Of a stretch of 64,000 nt of DNA, positions 51,049-61,106 are shown piece by piece. Under the pieces are notes generated by a model. It did no database searches. It saw only the letters and a list, made by a program, of their open reading frames with translations, and was not told the origin of the DNA. The DNA comes from Gammaproteobacteria bacterium (GTDB lineage Bacteria; Pseudomonadota; Gammaproteobacteria; Eutrophobiales; Eutrophobiaceae). How positions within the stretch are numbered: position 1 is the stretch's first letter; every line of letters starts with the position of its first letter. The translations under genes were made by a program, and so were the position numbers. The DNA is taken from positions 2,656,001 through 2,720,000 of the forward strand of contig OZ244905.1 in NCBI GenBank assembly GCA_965221695.1, in the 5' to 3' direction.

Positions 51049-51915
51049 TCAACCCCAATTCAGTTTATCCCTGAGGATCTTGAAGTGATCATGGTCCGCA
51101 GGATGGATCAGCCGTATTTTCTTGTCCTTCTTCTGTATGTTCACCTTGTCGCCGGTAACCAGTTCACAGACGATTTCTCCGTCGCAGGTCAGGTAAGCGC
51201 GATCAATTTGCGGCGTACCGATGATGACTTCCACTACGTTGTTGCCGTCAATGACCACCGGGCGGTTACTCAGGGTATGCGGGCAGATGGGGACCAGCAC
51301 CAGCGCGTTCAGCGCGGGATGCAATATCGGGCCTCCACCTGCCAGCGCGTAAGCGGTTGACCCGGTGGGAGAGGAGATGATCATGCCGTCGGAACGTTGC
51401 CGGTGAAGAAAATTACCGTCAACAAAGGTCTCGAGTTCTATCAGCTTGGCGATATTGCCTTTTTGTATGATGACATCGTTGAAAGCGTGGCTTTCCATCA
51501 GGGTCTTGCTCTGGCTTTCGATTTCGCAGTGTAATTGAAAGCGTTCATCCTCGATGAAGTTACCGCGCAGGATTTCGTCCAGCCGGCGGACCACCGCATT
51601 CGCGGGAATATCTGCCAGGAATCCCAGGCGTCCGCGGTTGATGCCCAGTAACGGCACGTTGTAATCGGCCAACAGGTGAGCGGCCCGCAACATGGTGCCA
51701 TCGCCACCTATGGCTATCGCGAGATCGCAGTTCATGCCGAAATATTCCGCATTTCCCTGCGGCAGATTCAGGTTGGGCACCAGCGTGGTGGAGAACTCAT
51801 CTAAGATAACTTCCTTTTTATGTTCCTGGAGGTAGTCTATAACTGTCTGTAAAGTATAAATTATTTCAGAAGTGCTATTATTTGTAATGATAGCTATGGT
51901 GTTGAACATGGTCAT
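51049..51915 (-). CDS. nadK: NAD+ kinase
   Basis: 'GGDGT.L', 'GIN.GRLGFL', 'ND', 'DG.I.S.PTGSTAYAL..GGP'. Confidence 0.95.
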   Translation of the reverse strand: MTMFNTIAIITNNSTSEIIYTLQTVIDYLQEHKKEVILDEFSTTLVPNLNLPQGNAEYFGMNCDLAIAIGGDGTMLRAAHLLADYNVPLLGINRGRLGFLADIPANAVVRRLDEILRGNFIEDERFQLHCEIESQSKTLMESHAFNDVIIQKGNIAKLIELETFVDGNFLHRQRSDGMIISSPTGSTAYALAGGGPILHPALNALVLVPICPHTLSNRPVVIDGNNVVEVIIGTPQIDRAYLTCDGEIVCELVTGDKVNIQKKDKKIRLIHPADHDHFKILRDKLNWG

Positions 51916-51996
51916 GGTTTATATTGGCCGGTGTCTTGACTCATCATGACTTAGCCGGTGATTTACCCGGTAATTTACCCAGTAACCGGGCAGGAT

Positions 51997-52023
51997 TTTG
52001 CACTGCCATGAATAGAGTGTTAA
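51997..52023. promoter_or_regulatory. CIRCE-like HrcA operator
   Basis: TTTGCACTG-N9-GAGTGTTAA versus consensus TTAGCACTC-N9-GAGTGCTAA, just upstream of hrcA. Confidence 0.75.
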
Positions 52024-52061
52024 ATTTTCCATTGAGAAACTTTGCCACATTACACTGAACA

Positions 52062-53120
52062 ATGCCAAAAAATCGTCTGGAATCCGTACAGGATTTGAAT
52101 GAACGCAGTCTGCTTTTGTTCAAATCACTGGTGGAGCATTTCATCCACGATGGTCATCCGGTCGGTTCGCGTACCCTGTCCAGGGACTCGAACCTGGATC
52201 TGAGCCCGGCTACCATCCGCAATGTGATGGCCGACCTGGAGGACATGGGGCTATTGCGTTCTCCCCATACTTCGGCCGGACGCGTCCCCACGGCGCGCGG
52301 CTTCCGCCTGTTCGTTGACAGTCTGCTCAGCGTTGAACAACTGGAAGAACGAACGGTGGAGCGTATGGCGCGGGAGATGGAAGCGGAAGCCGATCTGCAG
52401 CACCTGGTTGTGCGCACGTCAAGCCTGCTGTCCGATATTACCAAGCTGGCCGCTGTGGTCATGCTGCCGCGCGTCAGGCGGAATTCGCTCGAACATATCG
52501 AATTCATCCCCCTGTCTGAGAATCGAATCCTGGTCATACTGGTGTTGAGTAACAAGGAGATCCAGAACCGGATCATACATACAGCAAAATCCTACCCGCA
52601 ATCTGAGTTGCAAAGAACCGCAAACTATCTCAACTCCACCTTTCGCGGCAAGGATCTGGAGACGATTCGCAGCGAGATGCTCACCGAGCTGAGAAGGCTT
52701 AAGAAAGACGTTAACGATCTGATGCAGACCGCCATCGAAATGGCACAAAAAGCGTTTGTGTCGCCAACCGCGGAGGATGACGTGGTGATTTCAGGGCATA
52801 CCAACCTGATGGGAGTGGCGGAACTGGGCGACCTGGAAAAATTGAAACGATTGTTCGAGAGCTTCAACCAGAAACGCGACATTCTTCACCTGCTGGAGAA
52901 CGCAATCAGCGCCAAGGGCGTGCAGATATTCATTGGCGAAGAATCCGGCTACGAGGTGCTGGATGATTGCAGTATTGTTACCTCTCCGTACCAGCGCGAA
53001 GGCCAGGTCCTCGGTGTGCTGGGTGTCATCGGGCCCACCCGTATGGATTACGAAAGAGTCATCCCGGTCGTGGATGTGACCGCAAGAATTCTGGGCTCGG
53101 TCTTGAATTCTACGAATTAG
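52062..53120 (+). CDS. hrcA: Heat-inducible transcription repressor
   Basis: 'G.PVGSRTL', 'SPATIRNVMADLE..G....PHTSAGRVPT', 'GVIGPTRMDY'. Confidence 0.97.
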   Translation: MPKNRLESVQDLNERSLLLFKSLVEHFIHDGHPVGSRTLSRDSNLDLSPATIRNVMADLEDMGLLRSPHTSAGRVPTARGFRLFVDSLLSVEQLEERTVERMAREMEAEADLQHLVVRTSSLLSDITKLAAVVMLPRVRRNSLEHIEFIPLSENRILVILVLSNKEIQNRIIHTAKSYPQSELQRTANYLNSTFRGKDLETIRSEMLTELRRLKKDVNDLMQTAIEMAQKAFVSPTAEDDVVISGHTNLMGVAELGDLEKLKRLFESFNQKRDILHLLENAISAKGVQIFIGEESGYEVLDDCSIVTSPYQREGQVLGVLGVIGPTRMDYERVIPVVDVTARILGSVLNSTN

Positions 53121-53127
53121 TCCATAT
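53102..53127 (+). promoter_or_regulatory. Putative sigma-32 promoter for grpE
   Basis: CTTGAA-N13-TCCATAT overlapping the hrcA stop. Confidence 0.6.
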
Positions 53128-53205
53128 CTTCTTCTACGGGTAACAGGGCGCCGGTTGCGCGCGCCCGGAATTCATTATTATCGATCAGGACATAATGGTC
53201 TAATC

Positions 53206-53826
53206 ATGATGGTTGAAGAAAAACAAAATGCCGGCAACGGGGCAGAGCCTGTAACAAACGGGGGATCTTCCCCGGCTGAAGCACGGTCAGAAGAGGAGAT
53301 AACCGGAGCGGTACCCCTGGGTCAGGAGGAGGCCGGTGACGACCCGGACAAGATTTCTGAAGAGATTGCCGAACTCCAGCAGGAAAACGAACGGCTGAAC
53401 CTGGAAGTCCGGGAACATGCCGACAACGCGTTGCGCGCCTCGGCGGAACTGGAGAATATCCGTAAACGCACTGCGCGCGATGTTGAGAATGCCCATAAGT
53501 ACGCGCTGGAGCGCTTCCTTAATGAATTACTGCCGGTTATCGACAGTATGGAATTGGGCATGAACGCATCGCAGTCGGCGGAAGACATCGAGAGTTTGCG
53601 CGAAGGGATGGACCTTACCCTGAAGATGCTGCTCGACTGCCTGGAGAAGTTCGGGGTTAAAGCCATTGATCCGGCCGGTGATAAATTCGACCCCGAGTGG
53701 CATGAGGCCGTCTCCATGCAGGAACTGGAGGGCGCTGATTCAGGCAAGGTCATCAGCGTAATGCAAAAAGGCTATGAACTGAACGGGCGACTGGTCAGAC
53801 CGGCGATGGTAGTGGTTGCGAAATAG
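53206..53826 (+). CDS. grpE: Nucleotide exchange factor GrpE
   Basis: 'LR..AE.EN.RKR', 'LLPVIDS.E', 'FDP..HEA', 'QKGY.LN.RL.RPAMVVV'. Confidence 0.96.
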   Translation: MMVEEKQNAGNGAEPVTNGGSSPAEARSEEEITGAVPLGQEEAGDDPDKISEEIAELQQENERLNLEVREHADNALRASAELENIRKRTARDVENAHKYALERFLNELLPVIDSMELGMNASQSAEDIESLREGMDLTLKMLLDCLEKFGVKAIDPAGDKFDPEWHEAVSMQELEGADSGKVISVMQKGYELNGRLVRPAMVVVAK

Positions 53827-53916
53827 TGGGGTCAGATTATGGGGCCTGGGCAATATCAGTTTGGTATTTCTGGCGATTTCAGCGTTTCACCGAACCTTGC
53901 TGTGTCCCGCGTAATC

Positions 53917-53944
53917 CTTGAATTTCGGGGTGATAACCCACACT
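53917..53944 (+). promoter_or_regulatory. Putative sigma-32 promoter for dnaK
   Basis: CTTGAA-N14-CCCACACT upstream of dnaK. Confidence 0.55.
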
Positions 53945-53996
53945 TATATCTCTGGTAAGACAATAAAATTCTGAGCAATATACAAGAGGCTTGAAC

Positions 53997-55925
53997 ATGA
54001 GCAAAATTATCGGCATAGACCTGGGCACGACCAATTCCTGCGTTGCCGTTCTGGAAGGCGGCCAGGCCAGGGTTATTGAGAACAGCGAAGGCGGCAGAAC
54101 CACGCCGTCCATCGTCGCATTTTCCGACGACGATGAAGTTCTGGTAGGGCAGTCGGCCAAGCGCCAGGCGGTCACCAACCCCAACAACACCTTGTTTGCG
54201 GTCAAACGTTTGATCGGCCGGCGCTATGATGACAATGTTGTGCAGAAGGATATCAACATGGTTCCGTATAAAATCGTCAAGGCTGACAACGGCGATGCCT
54301 GGGTTGATGTAAAAGGTAAGAAGATGGCCCCCCCGGAGGTCTCGGCGCGCGTGCTGATGAAAATGAAGCAGACGGCTGAGGATTACCTGGGTGAAAAAGT
54401 GACCGAGGCGGTGATTACCGTTCCGGCCTATTTCAATGATTCGCAACGCCAGGCGACCAAGGATGCAGGCAAGATCGCGGGGCTGGAAGTTCGGCGCATC
54501 ATCAATGAGCCTACGGCCGCGGCGCTGGCCTATGGCATGGACAAGAAACAGGGCGACTCCAGGATTGCCGTCTATGACCTGGGCGGCGGCACGTTCGATG
54601 TATCCATCATTGAAATTGCCGAAGTGGACGGTGAGCACCAGTTCGAAGTACTCTCCACCAACGGCGATACGTTCCTGGGCGGCGAGGATTTTGACCTGCG
54701 TATCATCGATTTTCTGTGCGACGAATTCAAGAAGGACCAGGGTATCGACCTGCACAATGACCCGCTGGCCTTGCAGCGTTTGAAAGAGGCTGCGGAAAAG
54801 GCCAAGATCGAACTGTCATCCAGCCAGCAGACCGATATCAACCTGCCGTATATCACCGCGGATGCCGGCGGTCCGAAGCATCTCAACATAAAGATGAGCC
54901 GTTCCAAACTTGAATCACTGGTGGAAGACCTCGTTGATCGTACCATAGAGCCTTGCCGCGTAGCCCTGGAGGATGCCGGCTATGCTGCAGCGGATATCAC
55001 TGACGTCATCCTGGTAGGCGGACAGACCCGCATGCCCAAGGTACAGGAGAAGGTCAAGCAGTTTTTCAATAAAGAACCGCGCAAGGATGTCAACCCGGAT
55101 GAAGCTGTTGCGGTGGGCGCGGCCATCCAGGCCGGTGTACTCGGCGGTGACGTGAAGGATGTGTTGCTGCTCGATGTCACGCCTCTCTCGCTGGGCATTG
55201 AAACTCTGGGCGGCGTGATGACCCGTCTCATCGAGAAGAATACGACGATCCCGACCAAGGCACAGCAAGTGTTCTCCACCGCGGATGATAACCAGACAGC
55301 GGTGACCGTGCACGTGTTGCAGGGCGAGCGCGAGATGGTCGCGGGCAACAAGTCCCTGGGCCGCTTCGACTTGTCGGACATACCGCCTGCGCCCCGCGGC
55401 ATACCCCAGATCGAGGTAACTTTTGATATCGACGCCAACGGCATCATGAATGTTTCGGCCAAGGACAAGGCCACCGGCAAGGAACAATCCATCGTTATCA
55501 AGGCTTCCAGCGGGTTGTCGGATGAGGAAATCGAGAACATGGTCAAAGACGCGGAAGCCCATGCCGAGGAAGACCGGCAGGCAAAGGAATTGGTCGAGGC
55601 CCGCAACCTGGCGGAGAACCTGGTGCATTCAACGAAAAAATCCATGGAGGAACTGGGCGACAAGGTTGAAGAACAGGAGAAAAAAGACATCGAATCTGCA
55701 ATAGCCGAGGTAGAGGAAACCGTTAAAGGGAATGACAAGGAGGCCATAGAGGAGAAAACCCGGAAACTGACCGAGATCGCGGGCAAACTTGCGGAGCGTG
55801 CATACCAGCAGGCCGCAGCGGCGGGCGCCAACGGTGAGGGCAAGCCCGCGGGCACGGATAACGGACCCGGCGATGAAAATGTCGTCGATGCAGAATTCGA
55901 GGAAGTGGATGACAACAAGAAGTAA
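53997..55925 (+). CDS. dnaK: Chaperone DnaK
   Basis: '[11 protein letters not shown]', '[13 protein letters not shown]', 'DLGGGTFD', 'VNPDEAVA', C-terminal DAEFEEV. Confidence 0.99.
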   Translation: MSKIIGIDLGTTNSCVAVLEGGQARVIENSEGGRTTPSIVAFSDDDEVLVGQSAKRQAVTNPNNTLFAVKRLIGRRYDDNVVQKDINMVPYKIVKADNGDAWVDVKGKKMAPPEVSARVLMKMKQTAEDYLGEKVTEAVITVPAYFNDSQRQATKDAGKIAGLEVRRIINEPTAAALAYGMDKKQGDSRIAVYDLGGGTFDVSIIEIAEVDGEHQFEVLSTNGDTFLGGEDFDLRIIDFLCDEFKKDQGIDLHNDPLALQRLKEAAEKAKIELSSSQQTDINLPYITADAGGPKHLNIKMSRSKLESLVEDLVDRTIEPCRVALEDAGYAAADITDVILVGGQTRMPKVQEKVKQFFNKEPRKDVNPDEAVAVGAAIQAGVLGGDVKDVLLLDVTPLSLGIETLGGVMTRLIEKNTTIPTKAQQVFSTADDNQTAVTVHVLQGEREMVAGNKSLGRFDLSDIPPAPRGIPQIEVTFDIDANGIMNVSAKDKATGKEQSIVIKASSGLSDEEIENMVKDAEAHAEEDRQAKELVEARNLAENLVHSTKKSMEELGDKVEEQEKKDIESAIAEVEETVKGNDKEAIEEKTRKLTEIAGKLAERAYQQAAAAGANGEGKPAGTDNGPGDENVVDAEFEEVDDNKK

Positions 55926-55945
55926 ATCGGCGAGAAATGCAGGTT

Positions 55946-57076
55946 ATGGCCGCAAAACGAGATTACTATGACGTTCTTGGCGTATCAAAAAATGCGTCTG
56001 ACGCCGATATAAAAAAAGCCTTCCGCCGCCTGGCGATGAAGTACCATCCGGATCGCAATCCGGATGACCAGGAAGCGGAGGAAAAATTCAAGGAGGCCAA
56101 GGAGGCAAATGACATCCTCAGCGACCAGCAGAAACGGGCGGCTTACGACCAGTTTGGCCATGCCGGGGTCAGCACTTCGGCCGGTGGCGCGGACGGCCAG
56201 GGTTTCAGCGGCTTCGGCGATATATTCGACAGTGTGTTCGGAGACATATTCGGCGCGCAAGGACGCGGCGGCCAACGCACCCAGTCCGGCGCTAACCTCC
56301 GTTACGACCTGGAATTGAACCTGGAGGAAGCCATTGCCGGCTCCACCATCAAGATACGGGTACCCAGGCTGATAAGCTGTAATGACTGTTCAGGCAGCGG
56401 CGCCAAACGGGGATCGAGTCCGTCCCAGTGCCCTACCTGCAACGGCGCCGGACAGATCCGTATGCAACAGGGATTTTTCTCGGTGCAGCAGACCTGTCCC
56501 AAATGCCGCGGCAAAGGAAGCATCATCAATGATCCATGCCGCACGTGCAATGGGCAGGGCAGGGTCCGCGACAGCAAGACTATTTCCGTAAAAGTCCCGC
56601 CCGGTGTCAATACCGGCGACCGGATACGCCTCACCGGCGAGGGTGAAGCCGGCGAGTACGGCGCCCCACCCGGCGATCTTTACGTACATGTCATCGTCAA
56701 GGATCACGAGATATTTACCCGCGACGGTTCGGACCTGTACTGTGAAGTGCCAATCAGTTTTGCCGCCGCCGCCCTGGGCCGGGATATAGAAATACCCACG
56801 CTGGACGGCAAAATCAAACTGCGCATCCCGCCGGAAACCCAGAGCGGCAGGTTGTTCCGCCTGCGCGGCAAGGGCGTGCGCTCGGTGCGTTCGGCTGCAA
56901 GAGGCGACCTGTTATGCCGCGTCGCGGTTGAGACTCCGGTAAACCTGAGCAAACAACAGAAAGACATCCTGGAATCCCTTGAGGATTCCATGGAGAACGA
57001 TGAATCACGCTTCCGCCCTAAGGCCAGCAAGTGGTTCGACAGCGTGAAGAAATTTTTCGAAAACGCCAACCGCTGA
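55946..57076 (+). CDS. dnaJ: Chaperone DnaJ
   Basis: J-domain HPD, G/F region, four CxxCxGxG repeats. Confidence 0.98.
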   Translation: MAAKRDYYDVLGVSKNASDADIKKAFRRLAMKYHPDRNPDDQEAEEKFKEAKEANDILSDQQKRAAYDQFGHAGVSTSAGGADGQGFSGFGDIFDSVFGDIFGAQGRGGQRTQSGANLRYDLELNLEEAIAGSTIKIRVPRLISCNDCSGSGAKRGSSPSQCPTCNGAGQIRMQQGFFSVQQTCPKCRGKGSIINDPCRTCNGQGRVRDSKTISVKVPPGVNTGDRIRLTGEGEAGEYGAPPGDLYVHVIVKDHEIFTRDGSDLYCEVPISFAAAALGRDIEIPTLDGKIKLRIPPETQSGRLFRLRGKGVRSVRSAARGDLLCRVAVETPVNLSKQQKDILESLEDSMENDESRFRPKASKWFDSVKKFFENANR

Positions 57077-57094
57077 CCCGCATGCTCAAAGCAC

Positions 57095-57333
57095 TGCATG
57101 CCCGGGCAACAGCAGGAGTCCAGTCATATTACAGTGTAGTCCGGAGAGCTTACCCATATAGAACGTGGGGCAATCCTTTGTTTCACCGGTTGAAATAGTT
57201 GCCACAGACCAGGGCATTCTCCCGTACCACTCCCGCGAAAGCGGGAGTCCAGTAAAATACTATGTCGCCTGAAAGGCGACCCTTTGTTCCACCGGCCGGA
57301 AAAGCTGTATTCCCACCCAAGCGGGAATCCAGT
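57095..57333. repeat. REPIN-like repeat cluster (reverse orientation)
   Basis: TACCACTCCCGCGAAAGCGGGAGTCCAGT...GTCGCCTGAAAGGCGAC, plus degenerate copies. Confidence 0.78.
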
Positions 57334-57368
57334 AAAATAACCGTCTCAAAGAGACACCTTATTCACCC

Positions 57369-58172
57369 ATGATCAAAACAGCAATATGCGGCGCCGCGGG
57401 CAGGATGGGAAAAACCATCCTGGAAGTTGTCAGCGAGAGCGAAGGGATCACGGCGGGCGCGGCCATTGAACAACGCGGCTCACCGGCGCTAGGCCGGGAC
57501 GCGGGCGAACAGGCCGGCATCGGCAATCTCGGAGTCAGCGTGACCGATGATATCGAAACCGTCCTGGATGACTTCGATGTGCTGATAGACTTCACCCGGG
57601 CCGATGCGGTGCTCAAAAACCTGGAAGTTTGCCGTGCAGGCAATAAAAAAGTGGTGATCGGTACCACCGGCCTGACCGGTGAGCAACAACAGACACTGCA
57701 CAGGGCCAGCGAAGATATCGCGATCGTATTTGCCCCCAACATGAGCGTCGGTGTTAACCTGTGTTTCAAACTGACGGAACTGGCCGCAAGCATAGTCGGT
57801 GACAGCACGGATATCGAGATTATAGAAGCTCACCATAACCGCAAAATCGATGCGCCGTCAGGCACTGCGGTGCGCCTGGGAGAAATCATCGCGGCGCAAT
57901 TGGGGCGCGACCTGGCAGAATGCGCGGTTTACGGGCGAGAGGGTATTACCGGCCCGCGCGATCGCAAGACCATCGGCTTTGAGACCATACGCGCCGGTGA
58001 TATTGTGGGTGAGCACACCGTTATGTTCGCCGGCGAGGGCGAACGGGTGGAGATCAAGCATGTCGCCGGCAACCGCAAGACATTTGCCGGCGGTGCAGTG
58101 CGCGCCGCGCAATGGGTCATGAGCAAGAAAACCGGCCTGTACAGTATGCAGGACGTGCTGGGGTTGCATTGA
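57369..58172 (+). CDS. dapB: 4-hydroxy-tetrahydrodipicolinate reductase
   Basis: 'GAAGRMG', 'IDFT', 'GTTG', 'APNMS.GVN', 'E.HH..K.DAPSGTA'. Confidence 0.97.
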   Translation: MIKTAICGAAGRMGKTILEVVSESEGITAGAAIEQRGSPALGRDAGEQAGIGNLGVSVTDDIETVLDDFDVLIDFTRADAVLKNLEVCRAGNKKVVIGTTGLTGEQQQTLHRASEDIAIVFAPNMSVGVNLCFKLTELAASIVGDSTDIEIIEAHHNRKIDAPSGTAVRLGEIIAAQLGRDLAECAVYGREGITGPRDRKTIGFETIRAGDIVGEHTVMFAGEGERVEIKHVAGNRKTFAGGAVRAAQWVMSKKTGLYSMQDVLGLH

Positions 58173-58174
58173 TT

Positions 58175-58684
58175 ATGCCGATAGAAGCGCCATTCCGGGC
58201 AAACAGGCAACTGATCGTCCCCGAATGGATCGACTACAACGGCCACATGAACGTGACCTACTATGTCCTCGTGTTTGACCGCGCCACCGACGATTTTTTC
58301 GACTTCATGGGGTTGACCGCCGAATACAGGGCCGCCAGCAATCTCTCGGCCTTCACGGCGGAAATGCATGTGAATTATCTCCGTGAGGTGAAGGAAGGTG
58401 ACGAAGTATCCGTAACCACCCAATTGCTGGGTTACGATGCCAAACGCTTCCATTATTTTCACCACATGTACCACGCCGAACAAGGCTACCTGGCCGCCAC
58501 CAGTGAACTGCTGTGCCTGTTCATGGACATGAACCAGCGACGGGTAACGCAAATTCCACCCCCGATCCAGGACAGACTGGCCGAAATCAAGCAAAGCCAC
58601 GCCGCTTTGCCGTTGCCCGAACAGGTCGGCAGCGTGATGCGAGTGAAACCTGCCGCACCAGCCGATAACGCAGATAATCGATAA
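58175..58684 (+). CDS. Hot-dog fold acyl-CoA thioesterase family protein
   Basis: 'PEWIDYNGHMN..YY...FD.ATD', 'E.H.NYLRE', 'D.KR.H'. Confidence 0.88.
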   Translation: MPIEAPFRANRQLIVPEWIDYNGHMNVTYYVLVFDRATDDFFDFMGLTAEYRAASNLSAFTAEMHVNYLREVKEGDEVSVTTQLLGYDAKRFHYFHHMYHAEQGYLAATSELLCLFMDMNQRRVTQIPPPIQDRLAEIKQSHAALPLPEQVGSVMRVKPAAPADNADNR

Positions 58685-58695
58685 GAAACCTGTGA
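58607..58695 (+). repeat. Direct repeat A (3' end of the thioesterase gene), copy 1
   Basis: 89 bp with 4 mismatches to 60943-61031. Confidence 0.92.
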
Positions 58696-58696
58696 G

Positions 58697-58789
58697 CTAC
58701 CTTCAACAGAGGGTATGCACAAGGAATGCGCCATCAACTGTGAGCATATCCAGACGGTTTCCAAAGGTGGATTAAGCGGATGGTGAATT
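58697..58789 (+). repeat. Direct repeat B, copy 1
   Basis: About 93 bp, highly similar to 60716-60808. Confidence 0.9.
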
Positions 58790-58840
58790 CTGCATATATA
58801 CTGGATTTTTGCGACCTAAGCGCTTAGACTATGATTATAC

Positions 58841-58896
58841 CCCCTGCGGCTTCGACCGCAGGCCGCGGGGCCTCTACGGAGGCCCCTGCTTTTTTT
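58841..58896 (+). ncRNA. Putative short structured RNA/leader with intrinsic terminator upstream of the NYN nuclease
   Basis: Hairpin CCTGCGG-CTTCGA-CCGCAGG, then GGGGCCTC-TACG-GAGGCCCC plus T7, ending 8 nt before the ATG. Confidence 0.6.
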
Positions 58897-58904
58897 GGTG
58901 AGAA

Positions 58905-59528
58905 ATGCGCACATACATCTATGTCGATGGTTTTAACCTCTACTATGGCGCGCTGAAAGACACGGCCTGGAAGTGGCTGGATCTGACCGCTCTATTCGAG
59001 AAAGTCCTCCAACCCAAACACGACATCCTGGCCATAAAGTACTTCACGGCTCACGTTTCAAGCACGCCTGCGGACCCGTTGAAACCACAACGGCAAGAGG
59101 CCTATCTGCGCGCACTTCGGCATTTCCGACCTGAAGTCGACGTGTATTTCGGGCATTTTCTGAGTCATAAAGTCAGGGCGCCGCTTGCACATCCTGTGGG
59201 AAAACAGCGTTCTGCCAAAGTAATCCGAACCGAGGAGAAAGGTTCGGATGTTAACCTTGCCGTACACTTGCTAAATGATAGCTGGTTGAATGTCTATGAT
59301 TGTGCAGTTGTCGTTAGCAATGATAGCGATATCGCCGAGGCAATGCGCCTTGTGAGGGAGCATCAAGGCAAGAGGATTGGATTGGTGACACCGGGAACTG
59401 GCCGCCCGTCCAGCCAACTCATGTTACACGCGGATTTTGCGAGACACATCCGACCGAATGCTTTGAGACAATCACAACTTCCGGACCAAATTCCCAACAC
59501 CAACATCAGAAAGCCAGCGCGCTGGTAG
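58905..59528 (+). CDS. NYN (LabA/DUF88, PIN-like) nuclease
   Basis: 'YVDGFNLYY', 'YFTA', 'EEKGSDVNLA', 'VVSNDSD'; acidic catalytic residues intact. Confidence 0.9.
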   Translation: MRTYIYVDGFNLYYGALKDTAWKWLDLTALFEKVLQPKHDILAIKYFTAHVSSTPADPLKPQRQEAYLRALRHFRPEVDVYFGHFLSHKVRAPLAHPVGKQRSAKVIRTEEKGSDVNLAVHLLNDSWLNVYDCAVVVSNDSDIAEAMRLVREHQGKRIGLVTPGTGRPSSQLMLHADFARHIRPNALRQSQLPDQIPNTNIRKPARW

Positions 59529-59898
59529 GACTATGACATAAGATTCGAGGAACAACCGTTTCAATCAAGAAAATGTCCTCTAAAGGCCAGATTGTCATCC
59601 CTGAGCAAATACGCACGCAAATAGACCTAGAAGCGGGTTTCCAGTTACAGTACGTAGCCTCACCAATGCGCGTTTGCGGGAGATTCTATTACAATCACAG
59701 TATCAAAGGTTAAATCCTTAAAGCGGGATTCGCTTACGCCTCCAGATTCTAAGGTTTCCCAAAATTAAGGCTGGATATGGGTGCCCCAGGACGCTCGTGC
59801 TCAGGATACCATGTCATTGAGAAGCACATAACGCTGCAGGGATCGCGTCGAATGTGTATTCCCAAGGGTATTCGAAGGTGTGTCCTCTGATCACGGCA

Positions 59899-60354
59899 TC
59901 AGGTCAATTCTGCGTGGATACTACGCGCGTCCAGAAGTGGCATATCCAACACAGTTTGAACAAAGCCCGGGCCTTTCTCGTGCTGTTTAAGGTATCGGCG
60001 CAAAATGCCAAAGAATGGCGTCTCAAAGGTTTTCTCGACCGTAGTGATATACTCCCGCGCGTCAGGCTTTGCGCGGCTATCGCCCCTGAAGTTGCCAAAC
60101 AGCGCTGCGCTGAGGTTGGGATATGCTTTATTGAAATTTGTCACGGCGCCGGGAAATCCCCTGCCAAGGGAGAGTTTTGGTTTGTTTATCTGCGCCGCAT
60201 AGTTGTTGACTTGCTTTTCAACTGTATAGGGCGAAATCTTAACTTCGTCTGCCAGAGTGAGAATACGCTCAATTCTCGCTGCGTTGGTTGATTGCCGGTT
60301 GAGAATGGCATAAGCCCGTTTTGCCAATTCATGCGGATACAACAGGTTCGTCAA
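59899..60354 (-). pseudogene. Probable C-terminal fragment of a larger protein (possibly a regulator)
   Basis: 151-codon frame with a weak TTG start and protein-like composition; family uncertain. Confidence 0.4.
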
Positions 60355-60456
60355 GTTACCAGTTTACTTGCACCTGACACCAATGCGTATAAATTTGACC
60401 TAAACTGAATATACTCTTACAGTCTGACCAGACAGATCAGAATTGGGTAGACCGCA

Positions 60457-60762
60457 TTGATAAGAGAAACAAAATGGCAATTACAGGAAGCCAAGGCGGA
60501 CCTGAGTGAGCTGGTAAAGTCCGCTCAGAATAACGGACCGCAACAAATCACTGTACACGGCAAGCCTGCCGCTGTTGTCCTTTCCTGTTACGACTATACC
60601 CGGCTTGCCAGGAGTAAGCCGTCATTCGTCGGTCTGATGCGGCAATCTCCGCTCATAGGCGTAGACCTGCAACTTGAGCGGGACCAATCGCTGGCACGCG
60701 AACAAACCCTGTGTACTATCTTCAACAGAGGGTATGCCGAAGGAATGCGCCATCAACTCTGA
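60457..60762 (+). CDS. Phd/YefM antitoxin (orphan; 3' end reads into repeat B')
   Basis: 'WQLQEAKA.LSELV..A...GPQ.IT.HGKPAAVVLS'; no toxin gene downstream. Confidence 0.82.
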   Translation: MIRETKWQLQEAKADLSELVKSAQNNGPQQITVHGKPAAVVLSCYDYTRLARSKPSFVGLMRQSPLIGVDLQLERDQSLAREQTLCTIFNRGYAEGMRHQL

Positions 60763-60808
60763 TCACATCCAGACGGTTTCCAAAGGTAGATTAATCGGAT
60801 GGTAAATT
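60716..60808 (+). repeat. Direct repeat B, copy 2
   Basis: Matches 58697-58789. Confidence 0.9.
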
Positions 60809-60819
60809 ATTATCACGCT

Positions 60820-60920
60820 ATACACCTGGAAGAAAAACACCGCAAAGGTTACGAATTACAGCCTGTGGGTAATAACGAGTTCGCTATGTGGGAAGCAGAA
60901 CAGGATTGGGGAGACAGTTT
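60820..60920 (+). pseudogene. C-terminal remnant of an RHH/CopG-type antitoxin
   Basis: 'LEEKHRKGYELQPV..NEF..WEAEQDWGD' resembles C-termini of MazF-associated RHH antitoxins; N-terminus missing. Confidence 0.5.
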
Positions 60921-60942
60921 AACAAGGGAAAGCCAAGCAGAG

Positions 60943-61031
60943 TTGCCGTTGCCCAAACAAGTCGGCAGCGTGATGCAAGTTAAACCTGCCGCACCAGCCG
61001 ATAACGCAGATAATCGATAAGAAACCTGTGA
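60943..61031 (+). repeat. Direct repeat A, copy 2
   Basis: Matches 58607-58695. Confidence 0.92.
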
Positions 61032-61106
61032 TGATTAAGTATTTCTGAGATTCCAACTGTCACTTTTCACTTGTTCGGAATATCCGGAGATTGCTATACT
61101 TTCTAC

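Noticed and set aside
51954-51990. Short tandem repeat GGT(G/A)ATTTACCC x2-3 between nadK and hrcA
   Set aside because: Too short and degenerate to assign a function; likely slippage.
53856-55918. Long antisense ORFs opposite dnaK (299, 237 and 312 aa)
   Set aside because: Shadow frames caused by codon bias of a conserved gene; no independent motifs.
60799-61020. 73-aa ORF as a genuine gene
   Set aside because: A patchwork of the repeat B' end, an antitoxin remnant and the duplicated thioesterase tail; treated as a rearrangement product.
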